Shown here piece by piece: positions 1-7,772 of a stretch of DNA of 29,375 bases (position 1 is its first letter; every line of letters starts with the position of its first letter). The position numbers and the translations under genes are program-made. Source of the DNA: a virus (lineage: Duplodnaviria > Heunggongvirae > Uroviricota > Caudoviricetes); IMG/VR virus record IMGVR_UViG_2563366852_000005. The stretch is one strand, 5' to 3'. The notes under the pieces were generated by a model that saw nothing but the letters and a program-made list of their open reading frames with translations, was not told the DNA's origin and made no database searches.

Positions 1-408
1 ATGGCAACTCTTAAATCAATAATGGCAATAACCACCTTAATAATTTCACTCAATGCATACGCAAACACGAATGACATTAAAACTCTTCAAAAACAACTGA
101 AACCATGGCAACCACTGGAAATCACAACAAAAGATAGCTCTCTTACCGTTGTTCTCCCTGGTAAAAAAATCACATCTGAAGCCTATAATCATTTAATTAT
201 GTCCGGTGTATGCACCCCACTTTGGACACATGACGCTCCTTCTTCATTTTTAAAAAATGTAAGTGAAATCAATATAGTTAACCAATATAAGTCTATTGGA
301 TATACCTTTGAAGACCCATTGACCACATGCAATGAAATCGCTCCGTTAATGGAAAAACCTGCACAAACAGTGGTGTTATCCAAAACTCATACCTACACAG
401 GTAAGTAA
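1..408 (+). CDS. Hypothetical secreted protein; N-terminal signal-peptide-like segment (MATLKSIMAITTLIISLNAYA), AT-rich; lies outside the ogr end of the prophage
   Basis: ORF track; positively charged n-region, hydrophobic core, AYA-like cleavage site; low GC compared with phage genes. Start at window base 1, so the true start could lie upstream. Confidence 0.45.
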   Translation: MATLKSIMAITTLIISLNAYANTNDIKTLQKQLKPWQPLEITTKDSSLTVVLPGKKITSEAYNHLIMSGVCTPLWTHDAPSSFLKNVSEINIVNQYKSIGYTFEDPLTTCNEIAPLMEKPAQTVVLSKTHTYTGK

Positions 409-414
409 ATAGCT

Positions 415-455
415 CAAATAAGATAAAGCCCCTCGACTGAGGGGCTTTCTGTTTG
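415..455. terminator. Bidirectional intrinsic terminator hairpin (stem AGCCCCTC / GAGGGGCT, loop GACT) with T-rich tracts on both strands; between the flanking ORF and ogr
   Basis: Perfect 8-bp GC-rich inverted repeat at 427..446 followed by TTCTGTTTG on plus and TTATCTTATTT on minus strand. Confidence 0.7.
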
Positions 456-458
456 TAA

Positions 459-677
459 TTACATCCACATAATTTGCTGCCCTGACGGCAACGGGTGCGG
501 TCTTACGGCGTGGACTTCTCCCGGCTTCACGATGTATCGCTGTACCGACTCATAAGTGATGAACGTGGCGCTGCAATTCACGTTCTGACACTGGTGATAA
601 CGCTCTTTTGTCGTGTCAGTGATATAGCGGCTTGTACGCGCATGTGCGGCATGCTGGCATAAAGGACAATGAAACAT
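459..677 (-). CDS. ogr: Ogr late-gene transcriptional activator (zinc-finger, 72 aa)
   Basis: Translation MFHCPLCQHAAHARTSRYITDTTKERYHQCQ... matches recalled P2 Ogr; CxxC...CxxC zinc finger; GGAAGAGG Shine-Dalgarno upstream of this ATG; longer ORF-track start rejected. Confidence 0.93.
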   Translation of the reverse strand: MFHCPLCQHAAHARTSRYITDTTKERYHQCQNVNCSATFITYESVQRYIVKPGEVHAVRPHPLPSGQQIMWM

Positions 678-758
678 CGCGAGCACCTCTTCCGGTTGTG
701 TTGATGGTGCCATTTTAGTTAATTTACCCTTATAAAACAAACAGATAAATAAAACACA

Positions 759-1922
759 TCACTCATCATCTTCTGTTTCGTACTCCACATCAGAAAGCCT
801 GACCTCAAGCTCTAAGGACGTCGTGAAGCCGCTATTATTCAGAAAATGTGTCACCTTAGTGATTGTCCAGTCCTGCTCGTCTATGACGCGCTTAAAGCCT
901 GACACTTTAACCGGTGTTTCCGTGTAAATATCTGCCCGACCGGTAGCCAGGCTGATGGAGAACTCCGCCACACCCCGTTGCAGTTTATCCCACTTCGCCT
1001 GGGCGGCACGCATGGCCTGTGCTTTCGTGGCATATACCGTGGTCAGGGCAAAAACGTTGTCAGCCTCACCGGCCATGTATTCACCTTCGCGCGCTTCCGG
1101 TACTTTTGGCGCTTTCTTCTGCGTGACTGGTTTCGCTTTCGGGTGCTCCAGTGCGCGCAGGTGTTTCTCTTTCTTTTTGCGTTTCAGTTTTACCTTCTGC
1201 TTTTGCGGCTTCGGGTCTTTGGTGTGTAACCACTTTGCCGTTACGCCGGTATAGGCTCCACGGTCAGCAATCGCAAAATGATGGCGGTCGCCGTCGCTGC
1301 GGGTTATGGTAATCTGCGGGATTTTCTTACCGCTGGCCGTCACCCCCTGCCCCGCCTTAAGAAATAACAGTTTTCCCATTTTTACCGACACCTCACCGCC
1401 GTTGCGTTCAGCAAGGCGGGTCAGGAATTTTGCATCAGACTCCTGCGACTGGTCGATGTGCGGGATTTTAATTCCGGCCAGTGACGGAGCAACACTGGCT
1501 TCCAGCTTGTTACGGGAGGCTATCGCCTCAACAATCGTACCGAGCGTGGTGTCATGCCAGGAGCCTTCCCGGCGGGAATTGAGCGTCCCGCGAAAATCTG
1601 CACTCCGGGCGCGGATGGTGACCACATCCGGCGCGCCCCGGTGTTCTACCTCATCAACGGTAAATTTCCCTTTGCATACCAGGGCAAAACCTTTCCAGCC
1701 GATATACACCGTCAGGACAGCGCCACGAATCGGCAGCTCGACCTGCCCGTCGGCATCGTTCAGTTCAATATCAAGCTGGTCAGCCTCAAAGCCCCGGTTA
1801 TCCGTCAGAGTCATGCTCATCAGACGGTCGCTGATATTGCCGGAAATATCCCTGCTGTCGAGCATCAGCATGTAATCCGGCGTCAGCGTACTGCCTGCAT
1901 CAAATGTCAGCGCATCCAGCAT
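759..1922 (-). CDS. D: Tail protein D (P2 gpD)
   Basis: 387 aa ORF in the conserved P2 position downstream of U; N-terminus MLDALTFDAGSTLTPDYMLMLDSRDISG as in P2 gpD. Confidence 0.9.
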   Translation of the reverse strand: MLDALTFDAGSTLTPDYMLMLDSRDISGNISDRLMSMTLTDNRGFEADQLDIELNDADGQVELPIRGAVLTVYIGWKGFALVCKGKFTVDEVEHRGAPDVVTIRARSADFRGTLNSRREGSWHDTTLGTIVEAIASRNKLEASVAPSLAGIKIPHIDQSQESDAKFLTRLAERNGGEVSVKMGKLLFLKAGQGVTASGKKIPQITITRSDGDRHHFAIADRGAYTGVTAKWLHTKDPKPQKQKVKLKRKKKEKHLRALEHPKAKPVTQKKAPKVPEAREGEYMAGEADNVFALTTVYATKAQAMRAAQAKWDKLQRGVAEFSISLATGRADIYTETPVKVSGFKRVIDEQDWTITKVTHFLNNSGFTTSLELEVRLSDVEYETEDDE

Positions 1923-2401
1923 TATCCCGCCCCCGTCATACCTGTGAATCTGGTCGCCATACTGCCAGCCTTACCGATGAGCGACTCCGCCTGTTTACCG
2001 ATATCGCCATAAAGCGCGGCCAGTGATTCATCAACGCGGGTGAGCGACAGCGTAAAATCAATTTTTCGGGGTGTGCCGTCTGCAAAGAAAATACTCCCTG
2101 TTTCACTCACCTTGCTAATGACATACATGCCGTAAATCATGCCAGTGCCATCCAGCAACGGCCACGCCCGGCCTTCATCTGCCATCAGCCTGAGCGTGGT
2201 CATCGTCAGCTTTCCGCCGGTCAGTTCGGGATAAAGCACACCGGCAAGCGTCATGTTTTCCTCACCCACACCGAGAAACTGGTAGGCATCCCGTTTACCG
2301 ATACGGGAATTTGACGGCCAGCGATAATCTGATTCACGCTGCATGGTCTGGTGTGGCAGCGTCTGGCGCATAAAAACAAACATACCTAACGCGAGCATCA
2401 T
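1922..2401 (-). CDS. U: Tail protein U (P2 gpU)
   Basis: 159 aa, synteny T-U-D, stop/start overlap with D. Confidence 0.9.
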   Translation of the reverse strand: MMLALGMFVFMRQTLPHQTMQRESDYRWPSNSRIGKRDAYQFLGVGEENMTLAGVLYPELTGGKLTMTTLRLMADEGRAWPLLDGTGMIYGMYVISKVSETGSIFFADGTPRKIDFTLSLTRVDESLAALYGDIGKQAESLIGKAGSMATRFTGMTGAG

Positions 2402-2415
2402 TTTTCGTCACCTCC

Positions 2416-4863
2416 TTAACCGTCATGCATCATGCTGGCACGGGCGCGCGCACGTTTGTCCCGCTCGTATTTTTCGAGCGCATCCTGTAACTGGCGGTCG
2501 AGCTGTGTCCCCGGCGCAGTACCACCCGTCAGGCTGATGTGATATTCGTTTTTACTCTGGTCTACATAAGAGCGGCCAGCCGGTGCCGTGACCGGCTGAT
2601 AAGCCTGATAACCTGCATAAGAGCTGGTCGCCGGAATATAACCACCGCTGCCATACGTGGCGGCTTGAGTTCTGGCGGCGGTCTGGTCAAGTGTGTCTGA
2701 CTCTTTGTTGATGACACCGAGTTTTTCCAGTACCCAGTCAATACCACTGCGCAGTTTGTTGAACGCATTAAGCGGCAGCATCAGCGCGTCAGCCAGTGCC
2801 TGCCCGAACATGACGCCCGTGTCACGGCAACGGTTCAGGGTGTCCTGGGTGGCTTTGACCGGGGCAATCAGGTTTTTAAACCACTGCCACGCGGCCTGTA
2901 ACTTTTCACCCAGCCAGTCAAACACCGGTTTAAGTGGCGTGAACAGTTCCCCCACCGGCGCAAATGCCGCTTTCAGCCCTTCAACCACACCGCCAAAAAA
3001 TGCGCTGACAGGCTCCCAGTATTTACGGATAAGTAACGCCCCGGCGACAATGGCGGCCACCACGGCCACTACCGGCCAGCTAATCGCCCCGATGGCCGTC
3101 ATAACGGCACTGCCAACCGTCGTGAAGATTGCCCCCATTGCGCCTGCTGCTGCGATAATGGCATTGATGCCGGTGATAACTGGCCAGGCTACGAGGCCAA
3201 TGGCACCGATGACACCAATCAGCGCCAGTGCACCACCGACAATGAGGCCGATGGTTGACGCCAGTGATTTGTTTTTCTGGATCCAGCCGTCGAGTTTTAA
3301 CACATACTTTGTGGCCGTCTGCGTGAGATTACGCAGTGCGCCTTCCTGCTGGTCAAACAGGTCAGTGCCAACAGCCTGATACGCTGACTGAAACGATTTA
3401 AAGTCGCCGCCGAGGTTATCCTGCATAACCTTAACCAGTTCTTCTGTTTTACCGTCAGATTCTTTAATCAACCTGGTCAGATTATCCAGCTTGCCGCTGG
3501 CTGCTGCTGTCATTAATACACTTGCTGATGAGCTGGCCTCTTCGCCGAATATTGTTTTCATGTATTCAGCGCGCTGCCCTGTTCCTAGTTTATTTTTTTC
3601 AAAACTCCGCTGAATTTCTTTCAGAATTGAAAAGACAGGTCGCGTATTACCTTTGCTGTCAGTTGTCTTTACGCCAAGCTCTTTAATAGCGTCATACGCT
3701 TTCCCGGTTGGTGCCTGCAAACGACTCAGTACTGCTCGACTTCCTGTGCCAGCCATAGACCCACTGATATTTGCATCGTGTAATGCACCTAACATTGCTG
3801 CTGTTTCTTCCAGGCTGACACCTGCATCTTTTGCCACTGGCCCGACATAGGTAAGTGAATCACTTAGTCCCTCGAATGTGGCTTGCGATTTATTCATCGT
3901 CATTGAAATAACATCAGCAATATGGGAAGCCTTATCGTCAGCAAGCCCGAATGCCGATTTTGTCCCAATAAGTAAAGTGGCGTTTTCCTCCATCGTTTTC
4001 TTGTTTGCCAGTGACATATTCAAAATGGCCGGTGTTTGTGCCAGGATGCCATTTTTATCCGCTCCTGATTTAGCCACGATGATTTGAGCTGCTGCTGCAT
4101 CATCCGCCGAGGCGGCGGTATTATCGCCGAGCTGGCGCGCCTGCTTGCGGAGCGCGGCCATTTCGGCAGAGTCTTTTGCCACTCCGAGCACGGCCTGTAA
4201 TTCTGAGTTTTTCTGCGCAAACTCATAACCGGGCATCAGCAGCTTAACACCAGCCATCGTTCCCGCCGCCGCAATCCCCACACCGGCAGCGCCCACTGAG
4301 GCCATATTTCCGGCCAGTTCCTTTCCGGCCTGATAACGCTGTTTTACTGCATTAAGTTTTGCCTGTTGCGCACTGACACGCGCCAGCGCGTCACGCTGAC
4401 GGTTAAGCTGTGCGGTGGTTTCACTGATACGGTTTTTCAGTCCCTGCTCATCATGTGCAAGATTGCGGGTATTAATTCCCACAGCGGCCAGTTCCCGCTG
4501 CTGGCGTTTAACGGAATCCGTCAGGCGGTTATATTTCGCCTGTAAGTCCTCCGCCGCACGCTTTGCGGATTCCAGCACTTTCGCCTGAGCACGGGTCGGA
4601 CGTTCAGTGTTTTTAAACTGTGTGGCAAGTGCTTCGGCTTCCTGCCGTGCCTTTTCAAGTGCATGACCAGTCACGGCAAGCTGTGCGCTGGTCTTGCGAA
4701 ATCCCTCAATACGGGATGCGTGACCGTTCAGCTCGCGCAGTGATTTTTGTGTTTCCCGGATATCCCCCGACAGCGACTTGCTCGCTGTGCGGATGGATTT
4801 AAACGGGCGGGATGCCTGGTCAACAGCCCTGAGCAATACCTGTAATTTTACATTGTTACTCAT
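2416..4863 (-). CDS. T: Tail tape measure protein (P2 gpT)
   Basis: 815 aa, coiled-coil N-terminal half, Gly/Ala-rich hydrophobic central segment, position after E/E'. Confidence 0.92.
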   Translation of the reverse strand: MSNNVKLQVLLRAVDQASRPFKSIRTASKSLSGDIRETQKSLRELNGHASRIEGFRKTSAQLAVTGHALEKARQEAEALATQFKNTERPTRAQAKVLESAKRAAEDLQAKYNRLTDSVKRQQRELAAVGINTRNLAHDEQGLKNRISETTAQLNRQRDALARVSAQQAKLNAVKQRYQAGKELAGNMASVGAAGVGIAAAGTMAGVKLLMPGYEFAQKNSELQAVLGVAKDSAEMAALRKQARQLGDNTAASADDAAAAQIIVAKSGADKNGILAQTPAILNMSLANKKTMEENATLLIGTKSAFGLADDKASHIADVISMTMNKSQATFEGLSDSLTYVGPVAKDAGVSLEETAAMLGALHDANISGSMAGTGSRAVLSRLQAPTGKAYDAIKELGVKTTDSKGNTRPVFSILKEIQRSFEKNKLGTGQRAEYMKTIFGEEASSSASVLMTAAASGKLDNLTRLIKESDGKTEELVKVMQDNLGGDFKSFQSAYQAVGTDLFDQQEGALRNLTQTATKYVLKLDGWIQKNKSLASTIGLIVGGALALIGVIGAIGLVAWPVITGINAIIAAAGAMGAIFTTVGSAVMTAIGAISWPVVAVVAAIVAGALLIRKYWEPVSAFFGGVVEGLKAAFAPVGELFTPLKPVFDWLGEKLQAAWQWFKNLIAPVKATQDTLNRCRDTGVMFGQALADALMLPLNAFNKLRSGIDWVLEKLGVINKESDTLDQTAARTQAATYGSGGYIPATSSYAGYQAYQPVTAPAGRSYVDQSKNEYHISLTGGTAPGTQLDRQLQDALEKYERDKRARARASMMHDG

Positions 4864-5283
4864 TCGTGTTTCCGCTTCGCCGGAGCGCCTTTTCGCGCCA
4901 TGTGATGAGTTCGGTCAGGCTCATGGGATACAGTTCTGATGGCGGCCAGTGAAATATCACTGCCACATCCGCCATCAGGTCATCGACCGAGAGATTTTTC
5001 GGAAACGTTACTGCACCGAGTTCGGCGACAAAAAACCGACCACCTTACCGGCCAGGGCCACAAGGTCAGGCAGTTCCAGCGCGGCGACTTCCTGCTCGGT
5101 CAGCATCGGTGCCGTCATGCGCGGCAGCACTTTAATCAGTGCATCGACTTCGGAGTTTGCGACCGCAGCCAGACTGACACCGCGCAGCGTCCCGGCATTG
5201 GGTTTCATCAGCGTGACCTGTTCGATAACCTGCTCACCACGCTTGACCGGATTGTCCAGGGTAATCACATTTTCTTTGTTCAT
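4856..5283 (-). CDS. E': Tail assembly chaperone E+E' made by programmed -1 ribosomal frameshift at TTTTTTG (minus-strand site = plus coords 5029..5035); extension ends ...WREKALRRSGNTNE, stop overlapping the T start
   Basis: Manual translation of the -1 frame from the slippery heptamer gives an open extension to a TAA at 4856..4858, overlapping the T ATG (ATGAGTAA); matches the known P2 E/E' arrangement. Confidence 0.8.
5008..5283 (-). CDS. E: Tail assembly chaperone E (P2 gpE)
   Basis: 91 aa MNKENVITLDNPVKRGEQV... ends ...GKVVGFLSPNSVQ; slippery GGTTTTTTG near its 3' end. Confidence 0.92.
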   Translation of the reverse strand: MNKENVITLDNPVKRGEQVIEQVTLMKPNAGTLRGVSLAAVANSEVDALIKVLPRMTAPMLTEQEVAALELPDLVALAGKVVGFLSPNSVQ

Positions 5284-5339
5284 GGTTTTCTCACTTCTGA
5301 ATCAGGGTTAACCGGTCAGCCAGGCTGACCGGATGAAAA

Positions 5340-5858
5340 TCACAGGCCGATATTGCGGCGGTGTTGCTCCAGCCGGTCGACGCCGTTCACCTTCTCAATC
5401 ATGTTGATGGTGTCGATTTCGACCAGCTCCTTACCGTCCATCGTCAGCCGGAAATAGGTGCAGACCACGGAGATTTTCGACTCGGTGTCTTCTCCCTGTT
5501 TACCCTCGCCGGTGTCGATTTCTTTCTGACGGCCACGCATGACCACTTCGACGGCCACCGTTTCGCCGGTATCGTCACGCTGGTAAGAGCCTGCAAAACG
5601 AATCGGCACGGCATCCACACCGGTTGCGGCGTAAAGTTCCCAGATAACCGAATCCGGGAAGCCCCCGAGCGACCACTCCATTGACAGCGCATCGTCATCA
5701 AGGCCGAGGTCTACCGGTGCGCTGCCGTTCATCCCCGCACCGCGATAGTTTTCGAGCTTACGGGTCAGTTTTGGCAGCGTGACGGACTTCGCGACGCCCT
5801 GATAGCTGTAGCCGTTCAGAAAGACGTTCATTAACTTGAGTTTGCGCGGCATTGCCAT
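5340..5858 (-). CDS. FII: Tail tube protein FII
   Basis: 172 aa MAMPRKLKLMNVFLNGYSYQG... as P2 gpFII; follows FI. Confidence 0.93.
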   Translation of the reverse strand: MAMPRKLKLMNVFLNGYSYQGVAKSVTLPKLTRKLENYRGAGMNGSAPVDLGLDDDALSMEWSLGGFPDSVIWELYAATGVDAVPIRFAGSYQRDDTGETVAVEVVMRGRQKEIDTGEGKQGEDTESKISVVCTYFRLTMDGKELVEIDTINMIEKVNGVDRLEQHRRNIGL

Positions 5859-5870
5859 CGGTCAGGCTCC

Positions 5871-7061
5871 TTAATTGCTGTTAACCGAGGTGACCAGACT
5901 TGCCAGGTATCTTGAAGTAATACGCTGGCGCAGGGTCAGGTTTTCGAGAGGAGGCACCGGGGTATAGTCGTAGTCGATATACAGTTTTCCGGCCTTGAGG
6001 GTTTCCGCATCATTGGCTTCTTCACTGAACCAGCATGTGCCATCCACGATATAACCGTTGCTTTTCAGTTCACGGAATTTGGCATTTATGCCGTCAACGA
6101 TGTCGCGAATCAGCGTTGCGGTGATGGGCTTATCAATAGCCCACATGTGCGCCTCAGCCATCGTGTCAGCCAGTACCTGCGCGGTGCGTGTGTAGCTTTC
6201 AAAGAGGAACAGTGGGTCATCGGAGCAGGTACGGTTACCCCAGAAACGGAAACCGTCGCGGCGAACCAGCGTTGTGACGCCTGCCTCGTTCAGCAGGTCA
6301 GCATCAGTGCCGGACTTCTGCAAATCCCAGAATACAGATGCGCTGATGCCAGTAACACCGTTTACCCCGACGTTGGACAGCGTTTTATGCCAGCCCTGCT
6401 CCTGGTCGATTTTAGCGCGCAGACCCAGCGCACGGGCGGTGGCATACGCGGTGGCGGTGGTGCTGGTGACCGTATCCCATGCGAGGAAATCCGGCCAGAT
6501 GACCATCAACTCACGCTGGCTGAAATTCTGGCGGTAGGCTTTCACCTCGGAAATGGTTTTACAGCCCCATGCGCTGATATACCCGAATGCATTCAGTTCC
6601 TGGCATACCGATGCCAGTGCGACGGCAACCTCTTTGGTGTCCAGCCCCGGCACACCAAGAATGCGCGGTTTAACGCCGGTAACCGACTCAGCCCCCATCA
6701 GGGCTTTCAGTCCGGTGTACTGACCGTTTTCGTCAGTGGTGCCGATGATATTGGAAACGGTCTGCGCGAGTTTCGTTTCCTCGTCGTCGCCGGTGCCGTC
6801 TTCAACACGCACGACAACGGTGACTGGTTTTGACTGGTCAGCGATGGCCTGCAACGACGCCGCCAGCGTGCCTTTTTTACCGGCCTTTGCAATTGCGCTC
6901 TGCACATTGGTAATCAGCACCGGTTTATTGAGGGGGAAGATTTCCGCATCCGCATCGCTGGCCGTGCAGACCATGCCGACAATGGCGGTGGATACGGTGG
7001 AAATGACACGGGTGCCGTCGTTAATCTCCAGCACCTGCACGCCGTGATGATAGTCACTCAT
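5871..7061 (-). CDS. FI: Contractile tail sheath protein FI
   Basis: 396 aa, MSDYHHGVQVLEINDGTRVISTV...; GGAG Shine-Dalgarno 8 nt upstream; synteny. Confidence 0.93.
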   Translation of the reverse strand: MSDYHHGVQVLEINDGTRVISTVSTAIVGMVCTASDADAEIFPLNKPVLITNVQSAIAKAGKKGTLAASLQAIADQSKPVTVVVRVEDGTGDDEETKLAQTVSNIIGTTDENGQYTGLKALMGAESVTGVKPRILGVPGLDTKEVAVALASVCQELNAFGYISAWGCKTISEVKAYRQNFSQRELMVIWPDFLAWDTVTSTTATAYATARALGLRAKIDQEQGWHKTLSNVGVNGVTGISASVFWDLQKSGTDADLLNEAGVTTLVRRDGFRFWGNRTCSDDPLFLFESYTRTAQVLADTMAEAHMWAIDKPITATLIRDIVDGINAKFRELKSNGYIVDGTCWFSEEANDAETLKAGKLYIDYDYTPVPPLENLTLRQRITSRYLASLVTSVNSN

Positions 7062-7193
7062 CCGTTTAACTCCGTGGTTAATGGGTGAGTGGTATTTTCA
7101 GTTGTGCCGGAGATGTCAGGCTATTTGTCCCGGTTGGCTAATCAACAGCACAACCACCGGTAAAGAAAAGGCGGGCAATCAGCCCGCCTGTGT
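7062..7193 (-). promoter_or_regulatory. G-FI intergenic region: expected Ogr-dependent late promoter for the FI-FII-E-T-U-D operon; empty Z/fun cargo slot
   Basis: Position relative to P2 operon structure; only 132 bp and no ORF. Confidence 0.5.
7162..7190 (-). terminator. Intrinsic terminator after G (stem GGCGGGC/GCCCGCC, loop, then TTTTCTTT on the minus strand)
   Basis: 7-bp GC stem at 7170..7188 immediately downstream of the G stop, followed by a T-tract on the transcribed strand. Confidence 0.7.
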
Positions 7194-7772
7194 TTATTGC
7201 GGTAGTTCCGGCCATTCAATATCCGGGGCATTTTCCGGCTGAACGCGATTCAGTAGCACACGGTATTTTTTCCAGTGTGTCAGGCTTAACTTTTCTTCCT
7301 CGGTAGCCATATCTAAATCGACAGCATCCTGCAGCGTGGCAATAATTTCACCTGCATATGCAATCAGCTCTTTCTTCTGAGAGTCAGCCGCTCTGACAAG
7401 CGCATCACGCTCTGCATTCTCATCATTCACCCACGCATTTCCGTTCCATTTCTGATAATCCCCATCCGGGGAAATGGCTGTCACGTCTGGAGGTAATGCG
7501 CCAAGTTCAGAAATATAAATGGCTGCTCCCGTTTTCGTTTCATAGACAGTCTTTCCGCGATGGTCTTCCATCAGTTCCCATTTCATTTCATCTGCATTGA
7601 AAACGGCTGCATAACCAGCAGGAATATCAGGCGGTGCAATATCTGTACTGTTTGCAGGCAGACCTGTATGCGGCGGAATATATGCGTCACTTTCACCAAT
7701 AAATTCATTGGTTCCATCAAGTAAATTGAAAACGCGGATAGTTTGTGCTTCTGCACTCATTCTGAAAGCCAT
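7194..7772 (-). CDS. G: Tail fibre assembly protein (P2 gpG / Tfa family)
   Basis: 192 aa directly downstream of the tail fibre gene with stop/start overlap; Tfa-like N-terminus. Confidence 0.85.
   Translation of the reverse strand: MAFRMSAEAQTIRVFNLLDGTNEFIGESDAYIPPHTGLPANSTDIAPPDIPAGYAAVFNADEMKWELMEDHRGKTVYETKTGAAIYISELGALPPDVTAISPDGDYQKWNGNAWVNDENAERDALVRAADSQKKELIAYAGEIIATLQDAVDLDMATEEEKLSLTHWKKYRVLLNRVQPENAPDIEWPELPQ

Noticed and set aside
459-740. Longer 93-aa Ogr ORF starting at 740
   Set aside because: Recalled P2 Ogr starts at MFHCP and a strong Shine-Dalgarno (GGAAGAGG) precedes that ATG; the N-terminal extension is probably untranslated leader.
955-1875. Plus-strand ORFs (955..1254, 978..1229, 1306..1875, 1554..2012) overlapping gene D
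   Set aside because: Antisense to a well-supported structural gene, low-complexity Arg/Ser/Cys-rich translations typical of spurious reverse-frame ORFs in GC-rich coding DNA.
2693-3379. 228-aa plus-strand ORF inside the tape measure gene
   Set aside because: Antisense to T; Ser/Ala/Thr/Pro-rich translation mirrors the Gly/Ala-rich codons of T.
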